NCBI GenBank assembly: GCA_963805625.1
Contig: CAWDVE010000019.1
Coordinates: forward strand, 640,001-704,000
Direction: 5' to 3'
Source of the DNA: an uncultured Candidatus Rokubacteria bacterium
Lineage (GTDB): Bacteria > Methylomirabilota > Methylomirabilia > Rokubacteriales > DASRDR01
Length of the DNA stretch: 64,000 nucleotides
Under the pieces are notes generated by a model that had not been told where the DNA came from, ran no database searches, and saw only the letters and a list, made by a program, of their open reading frames with translations. Made by a program: the position numbers and the translations under genes. How positions within the stretch are numbered: the stretch's first letter is position 1; each line of letters begins with the position of its first letter. Positions 38,787 through 49,439 of this stretch are shown here, one piece after another.

Positions 38787-39491
38787 CTACCCGAGGAGGC
38801 TGACCGCCCCGCTCGCGATGTCGTAGTGAGCGGCGACCACCTTGACCTTGCCCTGTGCGACCAGGCCGGCGATCACGGGCGAGGCATTCCTCAGGATGCT
38901 CGCCTGGATGCGGGCGTTCGCCCGGATCACCCCGTCGGGGTCGGGGCCCGCCTGGTCCACGGCGGGGCGGAGGGGCGCGTAGAGGGCGCTGATCTGGCCG
39001 GGGACGGCCTTCCCCGCGATCGCCGCGGTCACCGCGCCGCACGCGCCGTGGCCGAGCACCATGAGGAGCCGCGTGCCGAGGACGGCCGCCCCGTACTCCA
39101 CGCTCGCGATGATCTCGGGCGTGGCGACGTTGCCGGCGACCCGCACCACGAAGACGTGGCCGATGGTCTGGTCGAAGAGGATCTCGACCGGCACGCGGGA
39201 GTCCGCGCACGAGAGAATGGCGGCGAAGGGCTCCTGCTTCTCCGCCGTCTTCTGGGCCAGCAGAGTGAGGTCCTCCTGGAACGAGGTCAGCCGGCCCGCC
39301 GTGAACCGCGCGTTCCCGTCCATCAGGGTCTTCAGGGCCTCGTCGGGGGTGAGCGCCGTCTGCGCGTGCGCCCGACCGGGCGCCCCCGCGCCGGACGCGA
39401 CGCCGAGGCCCAGGGCGACGCTCCCGGCCACGGCCATCCTGAGCAGGTCTCGCCGGGAGGCGACGGTGTCCATCTCGCGATTCGACGGCAT
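38787..39491 (-). CDS. beta-class carbonic anhydrase with Tat signal
   Basis: SRRDLL Tat motif, GNARF, CADSRV, RVAGN, GHGACGAV. Confidence 0.93.
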   Translation of the reverse strand: MPSNREMDTVASRRDLLRMAVAGSVALGLGVASGAGAPGRAHAQTALTPDEALKTLMDGNARFTAGRLTSFQEDLTLLAQKTAEKQEPFAAILSCADSRVPVEILFDQTIGHVFVVRVAGNVATPEIIASVEYGAAVLGTRLLMVLGHGACGAVTAAIAGKAVPGQISALYAPLRPAVDQAGPDPDGVIRANARIQASILRNASPVIAGLVAQGKVKVVAAHYDIASGAVSLLG

Positions 39492-39521
39492 GTCACAGCC
39501 CTCCTTTGGTTGTGCTCTGGC

Positions 39522-39658
39522 GGGGTCAGACTTTGACTTCCAAACAATTCGGCTCGTCGCCCCCGCGCCGCTGATTCCGGCCGGCTCGCGCCTGAGCGCC
39601 GAGACGCTGAGCCGTCCTCAGTGCTCAGCGGATTGTATCGAAGTCAAAGTCTGCCCCC
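39522..39658. repeat. REPIN/MITE-like element, copy 3 (137 bp)
   Basis: GGGGTCAGACTTTGACTTC...GAAGTCAAAGTCTGCCCCC. The interior is homologous to copy 2. Confidence 0.85.
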
Positions 39659-40285
39659 GTCGTGGAGCGCGAAGAGGCCGCTGATCGACTTGAAGGGGAT
39701 GAGCACGCCGTGCTCGGAGAGCCGCACGGGCGCGTCGTCGCCCTCGAAGAGCGTCACGAGCTCCTGCTGCTCGGTGAGCGGCCAGTCGCGGTGGCCGGGG
39801 CCGAGCCGGTGCGACACGCGCGCCCGCGGCAGCGCCGTGATCAGGTCCCGCCGGAGCGCCCGCACCGCCGCCTCGATCCCCGCCCAGCCCGCGAGGTCGA
39901 GGAGGTAGGCCTCGAGGAGCTCCTGACGCTCCCCGAGGGCGATGACCTCGGCCTCGAGCGCCGGGCCGAGCGTCAGGACGAACGCGACCGCGCGCCGGGC
40001 GCCGGCGAGATGACGCGCGACCGCGTGGCCGGAGAAGGACGGACCCCGGGCGAGAGCGACCCGGGCCGAGGCGACCGCGGCGATGCGGAGCAGCCGGAGC
40101 CGGGCGGCGGGCTCGGCCAGCTCGCCCGCGCGGACCGCCATCGCCCGCGTCGCCTCCCAGACCGCCGCCGGCGCCTCGTCGCGCCGGCGGTACCGCGCCA
40201 GCCGGAGGACGGTCCAGGGGTCGATCGGGAGCCGGTCGGGCCGCCAGGGGATGACGTGATCGAGCCGGAGCCGCACGGGGCCCAC
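39644..40285 (-). CDS. stand-alone methionine synthase B12-activation-domain-like protein
   Basis: FVLTLGPALE, AYLLD..G...IE, R.GPG..DWPL.EQ, LIPFKSISG. Confidence 0.7.
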   Translation of the reverse strand: MGPVRLRLDHVIPWRPDRLPIDPWTVLRLARYRRRDEAPAAVWEATRAMAVRAGELAEPAARLRLLRIAAVASARVALARGPSFSGHAVARHLAGARRAVAFVLTLGPALEAEVIALGERQELLEAYLLDLAGWAGIEAAVRALRRDLITALPRARVSHRLGPGHRDWPLTEQQELVTLFEGDDAPVRLSEHGVLIPFKSISGLFALHDGGRL

Positions 40286-40348
40286 GTTAGCCTGGATCGC
40301 GCGGCGGCGGTACCATTCGTGGCGGCTGGCGCGGGCGGGGGGCGCCCC

Positions 40349-40376
40349 TTGACGCGACTCACGTCGCTTCTATAAT
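40349..40376 (+). promoter_or_regulatory. sigma70 promoter upstream of garR
   Basis: TTGACG-16-TATAAT. Confidence 0.6.
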
Positions 40377-40470
40377 CGACGCGAATCGACGCGTTCTCCA
40401 CGTCCCCGCGCGGGGCGTGGGCCGGCCTGCCTCGAGATCCCCCGCGAGCGACTGGGAGGAGATGGACGTC

Positions 40471-41370
40471 ATGCAGGGACCGATCGGATTCATCGGGCTC
40501 GGGATCATGGGCCGCCCCATGGCCAAGAACCTCCTGAAGGCCGGCCACGCGGTGGTCGTCAGCAACCGGAGCCAGGCGGCCGTCCAGGAGCTCGCCGGCC
40601 TCGGCGCGAAGACGGCCGACTCGCCGGCGGCGGTCGCCCGCGCCGCGGGAGACCTGATCATCACGATGCTGCCGAACTCCCCCGACGTCGAGCTGGTCGC
40701 GCTGGGTCCGAAGGGGCTGGTCGAGGGCGTCAGGTCCGGCCAGGTCCTCGCCGACATGTCGACCATCTCGCCGATCGTCTCCCAGAAGGTGGGGGCGGCG
40801 CTCGCCCAGAAGGGCGTCAAGATGCTCGACGCGCCGGTCTCGGGCGGGGAGAAGGGCGCGATCGAGGGCATCCTGTCGATCATGGTCGGGGGCGAGGCGG
40901 GCGTGTTCCAGCAGGTCCTGCCGGTCTTCCAGGCGATGGGGAAGACGATCACGCATCTGGGGCCCCTCGGGGCCGGCGGCTTCACGAAGCTCGCCAACCA
41001 GATCATCGTGGCCGTCAACCTGACGGCGCTCGCCGAGGCGCTGACGCTCGCGGCGAAGGCGGGGCTCGACATCGAGCTGACGCTGAAGGCCCTGGGCGGG
41101 GGCCTCGCCGGGTCGCGCTGCCTCGACCAGAAGACGCCCAACTACCTCGCGCACGAGTTCAAGCCCGGGTTCAAGATCGACCTCCACTACAAGGACCTCG
41201 GGCTCATCGCCGACGCTGCCCGGGCGCTCGGGGTGCCGCTCCCGACGACGGCCGTCGTGCAGGAGCTCTTCAGCGCGGCGCGCGTGCGCGGCCGGGGCCA
41301 GCTCGACCACTCCGGGATCGTGACGGTGCTCGAGGATCTCGCGGGCGTCCAGGTGAAGAAGCACGCATGA
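40471..41370 (+). CDS. garR: 2-hydroxy-3-oxopropionate reductase / beta-hydroxyacid dehydrogenase
   Basis: IGFIGLGIMGRPMAKNL, DAPVSGG, KLANQ, PGFKIDLH.KDL, DHSG. Confidence 0.85.
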   Translation: MQGPIGFIGLGIMGRPMAKNLLKAGHAVVVSNRSQAAVQELAGLGAKTADSPAAVARAAGDLIITMLPNSPDVELVALGPKGLVEGVRSGQVLADMSTISPIVSQKVGAALAQKGVKMLDAPVSGGEKGAIEGILSIMVGGEAGVFQQVLPVFQAMGKTITHLGPLGAGGFTKLANQIIVAVNLTALAEALTLAAKAGLDIELTLKALGGGLAGSRCLDQKTPNYLAHEFKPGFKIDLHYKDLGLIADAARALGVPLPTTAVVQELFSAARVRGRGQLDHSGIVTVLEDLAGVQVKKHA

Positions 41371-41433
41371 GTGGCCTCCACCTCGTCGTGACGACGACGG
41401 GGCGCGGCCTCGACGCGAGTCGGTGAGCACGCG

Positions 41434-42411
41434 ATGATCAAGGTCAGGCGAGTCAAGAAGGGCGACCTCTCGCGGATGCGCGAGGTCGTCGAGGCGGCCT
41501 TCGGCGACTTCTACGAGCGCCAGCTGGGCACCCGCCCGCGGCAGGTGTTCGGCGGCGCGCAGTACGTCCATCACCGCTGGCTCATGGAGCCGTGGGGGTG
41601 CTTCGTCGCCGAGGAGAACGAGGGCAAGATCGTCGGCGTCTCGGTCGCGGTGTGCTGGGGGACGCTCGGGCTCTTCGGCCCGGTGGCCGTCTTGACGCCC
41701 TACCAGAACCAGAAGGTCGCCCAGCAGCTCGTGCGGGCGGCCCAGGGCTTCTTCGACGAGAACCGGGTGACGCTCCAGGGGGTGGTGACGTTCCCCTACA
41801 GCCCGAAGCATCTGGTCCTCTACCAGAAGTTCGACTTCAAGCCGCGGGCCCTCGTCGCCATCACCGTGCGGTCGATCGAGCGGCGCGAGCCGGCGCCGGC
41901 CGCGAAGCCCGCGCGCGGGACGCCGGAGATCAAGCGCTTCTCGACGTACGAGGAAGGGAAGAAGAAGGGGCTCCTCGCGCGCCTCCGGACGCTGACGGGG
42001 CGGATCTACCGCGGGCTCGACCTCACCAAGGAGATCGAGATCGTCGACGGCCTCGCCCTCGGCGACACGCTCCTCCTCGAGAAGGACGGCGCCGTCCTGG
42101 GCTTCGCGATCTGCCACACGCCGGGCGTGTCCGAGGCGCCCCAGGGGGCGCTCTACATCAAGTACCTCGCCATCGACCCCGCGCGCCGGCGCCCGGAGCA
42201 CTTCGTCCAGCTCCTCTCGGCCTGCGAGGACTTCGGGGTCAACGCGGCGTGCCAGCGCGTCATCGCCCCCGTCTACACGGGCTACTGGCGCGCCTACCAG
42301 ACGCTGCTCGGGTCGGGCTACCACGTCGACATGCTGATGCTCCGCATGAAGCGCGGCAAGAGCGACGACTACGAGCGGGAAGAGGACTTCGTCCTCGACG
42401 ACTGGCGCTAG
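41434..42411 (+). CDS. GNAT-family N-acetyltransferase (tandem-domain size)
   Basis: FVAE..GKIVG, GPVAV...YQNQKVA..L, LYQKFDF. Confidence 0.7.
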   Translation: MIKVRRVKKGDLSRMREVVEAAFGDFYERQLGTRPRQVFGGAQYVHHRWLMEPWGCFVAEENEGKIVGVSVAVCWGTLGLFGPVAVLTPYQNQKVAQQLVRAAQGFFDENRVTLQGVVTFPYSPKHLVLYQKFDFKPRALVAITVRSIERREPAPAAKPARGTPEIKRFSTYEEGKKKGLLARLRTLTGRIYRGLDLTKEIEIVDGLALGDTLLLEKDGAVLGFAICHTPGVSEAPQGALYIKYLAIDPARRRPEHFVQLLSACEDFGVNAACQRVIAPVYTGYWRAYQTLLGSGYHVDMLMLRMKRGKSDDYEREEDFVLDDWR

Positions 42412-42482
42412 CGCCCATCCGCCCCGCCTTCGCTCCCCCGGCACGATGCTGGGTACTCCGACAGCGACTAGACACTCCGCGA

Positions 42483-42517
42483 TTGACAGGGTGACCACCA
42501 GTGACTACTCTGAGTGT
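42483..42517 (+). promoter_or_regulatory. leaderless TA promoter/operator
   Basis: TTGACA-17-TACTCT-6 nt-ATG. Direct repeats GTGACCAC/GTGACTAC with 10-bp period. Confidence 0.6.
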
Positions 42518-42817
42518 ATGCGAGCCGTCGGAGTCAAGCAGCTGAAGGCCCGGCTTTCGGAGTACCTCCGCCTGGTTCGGACCGGGGAGACCGTCTTGGT
42601 CACCGATCGCGACGAGGTCGTGGCCGAGCTGCGCCCGGCTCGACGGCAGGGCGGCCAAGCCGAGGAGCTCGAGGAGATCTTGGAAGCCCTCGCTGACTCG
42701 CGTGAAGTCACACGGGCCAGCCTGCCCAAGGGGGACTGGACGTGGCAGGTGCGCGGCCTCGGGTTACCGCCTGGCACCGCTGACGCGCTGCTGGACTCGA
42801 TCCGCAGCGACCGATAG
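42518..42817 (+). CDS. Phd/YefM-family antitoxin
   Basis: MRAVGVKQLKARLSEYLRLV..GE.VLVTDR..VVAEL.P. Confidence 0.88.
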   Translation: MRAVGVKQLKARLSEYLRLVRTGETVLVTDRDEVVAELRPARRQGGQAEELEEILEALADSREVTRASLPKGDWTWQVRGLGLPPGTADALLDSIRSDR

Positions 42818-42826
42818 CCGACACTC

Positions 42827-43240
42827 GTGGCTCGTGCCCTGTACCTCGATACGTCGGCTGTGCTGCGCGCTGTCGTCGAGGAGGGGATGACCCCCGAAGT
42901 GGAGCGCAGCCTCCAGGAGGCCCGGATGCTCCTCACCTCTCGCCTCGCTCTCGTGGAGTCGGCCCGGGCACTCATTCGGCTCCGCGTGACCGGAGCGGCC
43001 CCGGAGGCTCGTCTGGCCGATGCGGAGCGGACCTTGGCCACGCTCTGGAGCCGGTGCGAGATCTGGGAGGTCAGCCCGAGCGTGTGCGAGAGCGCCCGTC
43101 ACGTCGCGCCCGGCAGGGCGCTGCGGACGCTCGACGCCCTCCATCTGGCCACGTTCCTGCTGGCGCGGCGACGAATCCAGGACATCGAGCTGCTGACGGT
43201 CGACGAACGCTTGCGGGACGCGGCTCTCGGCGGCGGCTGA
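42827..43240 (+). CDS. vapC: VapC PIN-domain toxin
   Basis: YLDTSAVL, LRTLDALHLAT, LTVDERL. Confidence 0.88.
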   Translation: MARALYLDTSAVLRAVVEEGMTPEVERSLQEARMLLTSRLALVESARALIRLRVTGAAPEARLADAERTLATLWSRCEIWEVSPSVCESARHVAPGRALRTLDALHLATFLLARRRIQDIELLTVDERLRDAALGGG

Positions 43241-43591
43241 CGCCGCGAGTTGACGAGTCGTGTCGGGTTCCCCGGCGATCGGTAGGTCGCGCTCGCGGAG
43301 AGCCGGGGACGCTTCGAGGAGGCGCGCGATGTGAGCTAGGTCCTTCCGCGGCTGGCTCCAGGGCCGCCCGAGCGGGCCGGATGCCATGGGGGCGGGCTCA
43401 ATCGCGGTCGACCCACCAGCGGAAGATGAACCCCCTGGAGCGCGGAGAGCGCGGGGAGGGTCGAGTCCTCCAGGAGGTAGACCGACAGAGCCCACCCGAT
43501 CATGCCAGGCCCGCGCCTGGCGGGGCCGGGGGTGGGGACGCCCCGGCAGGGGATGCATCTGGAGTTTGCTCCCCAGCTGACGCAAGGGGTG

Positions 43592-45883
43592 TCAGTGACG
43601 CTGGGATCCGGAACTACCTTCAGCCGCGTCCCCGCGAGGAGCGTTCCGAGAATCGCCGTCACTCGCGTCACCGGCGTCACTCGGCGTGCGAAGCCGGATG
43701 CCCTGCCAGAGCCTGGTCCCTCCCGCTGCCCGTCTGCTCCGACATCCGCGCGCCTCGATCCGGGCCGCGAGTTTTCGGGCGCTGAGCGGAAAGCGAATCC
43801 CCTGGTCGCGGCACCACTCCTCGTAGGCCTGGCGAAGCATGCGCGCGGACAGCTCGCCGGCCGGGTCGAGCACGCACACGTCCTCGAAGAAGCCGGCCAG
43901 GGGATCTTCCTCCGCCCGGTAGGACGCGGTCGCCGTGTCGATCTCCGGTGCCGATCCGAGCCTGTGGGCGAACCACTCCGCCGCGCCCTCGGCCATCCAC
44001 GCGAGGATCGGCGTGCCGGCCTGCGTGGGATCCGTGAGGAAGGCCTTGACGTCCGGATCCCGTTCGGCGGCCGGAATGCTCGCCCCGAAGGGGATCTCGA
44101 CGACCCGGCGCCAGAACGCCTCGTCGTCGTGACGGGCGCGGGGCCGCTCGTTGGCGGCGATGACCAGCTTGCACTGCGGGACGAACTCGAAGCTCTCCTG
44201 ATAGAGGCGGCGGGCGACGACGAGGTCGCCGCCGGTCCAGGTCTTGAGGAGGCCCTGTGCCAGGGGCGTCCCGTCTGTGACCTCCGCCGACACGACGAGC
44301 CGGGCGCCGTGGAGGCGCGCGAGATCCTCGCGCGGCCCGCCGTCGACGCGGCGCTCGGTGAACGTGGAGAAGTCCGCGGTCGTCGCATAGTCGCCCAGGG
44401 TCCGGCGCAGCGCCCCGAGGAGCGTGGACTTGCCTCCCGCCGTCGGCCCGTGGATCAGGAAGAGCTTCTCCTCGATGGTGCTCCCGGTGAGGAAGTAGCC
44501 GGCCGCGCGCTGGACGTATGCCCGCGACCCCTCGTCGGGCAGGCCGCGCGCGAGGAACGCCTCCCAGGTCGGGTGCCGGGCCCCTGCCTGGTACGGGGCC
44601 GCCGTGACCTTGGTCAGGAAGTCCTCGCGGCGGTGCGGCCGGAGGTGGAGGGTCTGGAGCTCGAGGGTACCGTTCGGGCAGTTGACCACGAAGGGATTCG
44701 CGTCGAACTGGGCCGCCTTCACGGGCAGCTCGCTCTGCGCCAGGAGGAGCATCCGGCGGAGACTCGGCTCGCTCTCCGAGCGCGTCGCCCACGCGTGGAG
44801 CCGCCGGCGGGCGTCCTCGCCCGCCTCGAGGGCGGCTTCGCGATAGATGGCCCGGGCCGTCTGCTTGGCGAGGCGCATGGCGTTGCCACCGGTCTCGCGC
44901 TGCCAGTGCGTCCCCGTCCAGAGGAGCCAGCTTTGCCACTCGTAACAGTATCGAGCGACGGCGCCATGCTGGCGGGCGAACCGGATCGCGTTGCCGGCAT
45001 CCGTCGAGGTCGGCGCCTCGTCGGTCCCGGTGGCGCCGAGCCACTGCCGGATGAGGGCGACGGCCGCCGTCCCGTCTGCGCGCAAGCACTCTCCGAGCCG
45101 GGGCCCGCCGGTGGCAGCGTCGCCGCGCGCGAGGGCCGTGGCCGTGCTGAGGACGTCGGCGCCCCGAGCGGCCCACTCCTCGTCGCCGGCTACGCGGGCC
45201 GCCGACCGGACGATCTCGGCCGCCACCGCCGCATCGAGGCGGCACCGGAGGAGCAGCCCTCCCGCCGCGAGCGCCGCGTGGTGGCGCGCCCCGGGGCCGG
45301 GCCAGTGGCGGGCCAGGAGAGCCGCGGTCGCGAGCCGCGCCAGGTGGGCCAGAAGCTCCGCCCCCGTGACGCGCCCGGGCTCGGCGTCCTCCGCCCATTC
45401 GATCGGCTCGCCGCCGGGATGGACGCTCGGAGGGAACATGGTCTGAGCGCCCGTCGCCCGGAGTTCGACCAGCATCGCCCCGGGGCGCGATCGGCCCTCA
45501 CCCGCTACGTCCAGGAATTGAGCCGTCTCGGGCAGCGGGTGCGCGATGTAGAGCCGGTGGCTACTGGGCTTGCTGGCTCGCCCGAAGCGGGACGCCGTGG
45601 GCGGGAGCAACCGCTCCGCCAGCGCGAGCGTCTCGGGGCTGTCGAGGTCCACGTCGACGAGCCCGCCCGACGGCTCGCCGAGCAGCACGCCGATGTTCCG
45701 GCGTGCGCCGTCGAAGTGCTCGGAAAGCTCGGGCTCGGTCAGACGAAGGCGCTGCCAGCCAGGCATCGTGGGAGCCTTCGCGCGCGCGGGGAGCGGGAGC
45801 GGCTGCCAGCCACGAGCCAGGTACTCGCGCGCCGTGTCGAGGGTGGGGTTCGCGGGCGGGTGGGCCGGACCTAGGGAACTCAC
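43592..45883 (-). CDS. bifunctional primase-polymerase fused to D5/P4-type SF3 helicase
   Basis: RGWQPLPL..K.P, NIGVLLG..SGGLVDVDLD, HRLY, PPSVHP, TDAGNA.RF, NCPNG, Walker A GPTAGGKST, KTWTGGD, AFWRR. Confidence 0.9.
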   Translation of the reverse strand: MSSLGPAHPPANPTLDTAREYLARGWQPLPLPARAKAPTMPGWQRLRLTEPELSEHFDGARRNIGVLLGEPSGGLVDVDLDSPETLALAERLLPPTASRFGRASKPSSHRLYIAHPLPETAQFLDVAGEGRSRPGAMLVELRATGAQTMFPPSVHPGGEPIEWAEDAEPGRVTGAELLAHLARLATAALLARHWPGPGARHHAALAAGGLLLRCRLDAAVAAEIVRSAARVAGDEEWAARGADVLSTATALARGDAATGGPRLGECLRADGTAAVALIRQWLGATGTDEAPTSTDAGNAIRFARQHGAVARYCYEWQSWLLWTGTHWQRETGGNAMRLAKQTARAIYREAALEAGEDARRRLHAWATRSESEPSLRRMLLLAQSELPVKAAQFDANPFVVNCPNGTLELQTLHLRPHRREDFLTKVTAAPYQAGARHPTWEAFLARGLPDEGSRAYVQRAAGYFLTGSTIEEKLFLIHGPTAGGKSTLLGALRRTLGDYATTADFSTFTERRVDGGPREDLARLHGARLVVSAEVTDGTPLAQGLLKTWTGGDLVVARRLYQESFEFVPQCKLVIAANERPRARHDDEAFWRRVVEIPFGASIPAAERDPDVKAFLTDPTQAGTPILAWMAEGAAEWFAHRLGSAPEIDTATASYRAEEDPLAGFFEDVCVLDPAGELSARMLRQAYEEWCRDQGIRFPLSARKLAARIEARGCRSRRAAGGTRLWQGIRLRTPSDAGDASDGDSRNAPRGDAAEGSSGSQRH

Positions 45884-46057
45884 GTGCCGCTCTGTGACCC
45901 TGGTCGGCGCGGAACGATCGCAGCTGGCCCCGGCAGAAGGGAGTGCCGACCGCGGTCATCGGGTGAGGCCGGTCGCCGCGACATGGCTACCCTCGGCGAT
46001 CCGAGCATCGCCGCCGCCCGACCCCCAGGCTGGGATCGACCGGCAAGCGGGACATGG

Positions 46058-46879
46058 TCACACACGACGATCCGAGAGCTGCCGCTGCAGCATGCCCAGA
46101 TACACGAGGGCGAGCTGGCGATGGGCGCCCGAGATCGTCGGCGACTCGAGGGCGCGCACGATGAACCGGACGATCCCTACCACCGCGCTCACGCCGAGCT
46201 CCTGCAGATCCGGGCTCGGTACGGCTTCGTGCTGAAGCGCGGCGAGCCCCTGCAGCACCGACATCCGTCCTAGCCGGCCCGCGCCGTCGCCCTCGTCGAG
46301 GAGATGCCGGGTGAGCTTGCTCATCAAGCGGGGGCCATAAAGCCACAAGTCCCCGAGATTCGTCGCGAACCAGTGGGCGCGCCGGGTGTACATGACCTCG
46401 ACGATCTGGTCTACCGCCGCGCCCCGGGGCCCCGCTGGCTCCCACCCGGGGTCCACGGGGGCGACATCGGTCGCTGGAGTCGATCGTCGCAGGGCCCCGG
46501 CCCCCGCTGGCGAGTCCCAGACGGCGTGCAGAGGAGCGATCTCGGCATCGACAGCCGCGCAGAAGCCCTCGACGAACTCGTCCTCGAGCCGCGCCACGAG
46601 CGCTTTGAAGGCGGCCTCGGTCCGCCACTTCCTGACCAGGCCGTAGGAGACCCCGACCTCCTTGGCGGCCTGCTTCACGTCCTCGCTCGTGAGAGCGGAC
46701 AGGGCCGCGGCCATCTTTTTACGGGAGAACCCGACCGGCGCCCCACGCGGCGTCCCCAGACGGGTCGGCTCGACGTGCTGCGCAAGCTGCTCGCGGATGA
46801 ACCGTATCAGGAGCCCGTCATCTGTTTTCTTCCGAGGGGTCTCGGTCCCGCGTGAACCTGACTTCTCGACCATGGTCAC
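46058..46879 (-). CDS. phage-type HTH-containing hypothetical protein
   Basis: KQAAKEVGVSYGLVRKWR..AFK HTH pattern, upstream of and co-oriented with the primase. Confidence 0.6.
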   Translation of the reverse strand: MTMVEKSGSRGTETPRKKTDDGLLIRFIREQLAQHVEPTRLGTPRGAPVGFSRKKMAAALSALTSEDVKQAAKEVGVSYGLVRKWRTEAAFKALVARLEDEFVEGFCAAVDAEIAPLHAVWDSPAGAGALRRSTPATDVAPVDPGWEPAGPRGAAVDQIVEVMYTRRAHWFATNLGDLWLYGPRLMSKLTRHLLDEGDGAGRLGRMSVLQGLAALQHEAVPSPDLQELGVSAVVGIVRFIVRALESPTISGAHRQLALVYLGMLQRQLSDRRV

Positions 46880-47620
46880 ATCATGTCACTAAGGTTACCC
46901 TGATTGTCAAGTGCCGGTCCGAACGGATTCTCGGGGGCCGGGGTTTCGGGATTCCTGGGGATCCGCCGTCGATCCCGCGCTACGAGCGGCCGAAGTCCGT
47001 CATCGCGATGTGGTCCCCCAATGCGCAAGTACTCAGACACCTCCCGCGGGGGAGGAGACCACGGCCCGGTTCAGGGCCGGGCCCGGGGAGTGGGGGAAAG
47101 GTTTTGAGAAACAGCTTGGGGGAAACCTTTTGGGAAATCACAACGTCTCCGCGGAAGCCTCGCAGTGGAGCCGGATGACCTTCTGGCTTGAGGTGGCGTG
47201 CTGTGGAGCAAGCCACTGATGTCATGAGGACCAGGCGGTTGCCGCCGTTTCGTGGCGCAAGCCTCCCCCCGCTCGTCACGTCTATTCGGGCCTGGGCCTC
47301 CGCGCTGAGGCTCACGACACGCTGGCGGCCTCGGGGACGAACGAGTCGGTAGCCGAGATGTGACCTCCCCGTCATCCTGCCTCAACGCGCCGTCAGTACC
47401 GTTCGGTGCGGACACGGCCCGTCGGAGCCGGCGCACGGTTCGTGCTGAAGCGTTTCTCGACCCCCCCGCGCGCCAGGTTCACGCCGGACTGGCAAAGAAC
47501 CGGCGGATGGTGTACAGGTAACGGTACTCCATGGCACATCACCGTAGGGGGGAGGCCTCGTCGGGAGGGGCACAGCCGGACCTCCCTGGTGTCAGGCACC
47601 CAGTGGACCGGCTTGCGCGT

Positions 47621-48733
<1,113 letters not shown>

Positions 48734-48744
48734 AAGGGCCGCCG

Positions 48745-49062
48745 GTCATCGCGCTCGACGCCAGGACCCGACCGTCGTCGAGGATGTCGCACCTGTGGAC
48801 GAGGCGGTTGCGGAGCCCGGCCGAGGACGCGAGCCGCTCGGCGAGATCGCGGGGGAGGACGCCCAGCTCGCCGAGCCTGATGAACCCCCGATAGGAGTCG
48901 TCGGGCACCTCGGCGGCGAGGGGGGCGTTCACATCGAGCGCGGCTTCGATGGCTTCCTGCAGCCGGCCCACACCCGGGAGCCGAACAGCACGACGAGCGC
49001 CCCCTCGGGTCGGACCTGCGTCAGATCGCGCAGCCGGGCACGAGCGTGGGTTCCTCGGTCAT
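48745..49062 (-). pseudogene. fused remnant of an MNT antitoxin and DUF86/HepT toxin pair
   Basis: 5' part reads ...ALVVLFGSR (MNT). It is joined to LQEAIEAALDV...SAGLRNRLVH (HEPN RX4H). Confidence 0.65.
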
Positions 49063-49159
49063 CGGTTCTCCCGGACTACCGCTTCAGCGCCCGGAACAAG
49101 CTGCTGTACCGATCCGTGAATGGCACTTCGCGGTCGCCGAGCGGCCGTGGTTTCGCCGC

Positions 49160-49365
49160 CACTATGGATGGGTCGTCGAATGCGCGCCGGTCGCGCTGGG
49201 TCGGGCGTTGGCGGCCCGCGCGCAGAACAACCCGCACCCAAGCCTGGCGCGCGCAACAGCGGCTGCATCGTCGATACCGCCATCTTGTGGGGCACGGTAG
49301 ACGCCCCCCGTCGCGGTGATCGCCCTCGCCCGCGAACTGGTCGGCTTCATCTGGGCTGCCATGAC
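49160..49365 (+). mobile_element. IS110-family transposase C-terminal remnant
   Basis: AWRAQQRLHRRYRHL...(frameshift) VIALARELVGFIWA, a typical IS110 C-terminus. Confidence 0.65.
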
Positions 49366-49439
49366 AGCCACGCGCGGTCTGGCATTGGCGAGCCAGACGC
49401 TATCTACCTCGGCAGGCGGCCGATGGCTACAATGCCGTC

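Noticed and set aside
45880-46065. 61-aa ORF bridging the HTH and primase genes
   Set aside because: It overlaps both neighbours in a coupled-looking way, but its composition is uninformative and it has no motif, so it is left uncalled.
43592-47600. Intact prophage
   Set aside because: No integrase, terminase, capsid, tail or lysis genes, and no tRNA or att duplication seen.
49160-49365. Active IS110 or bridge-RNA element
   Set aside because: Only a frameshifted C-terminal scrap remains; there is no DEDD domain and no definable ends.
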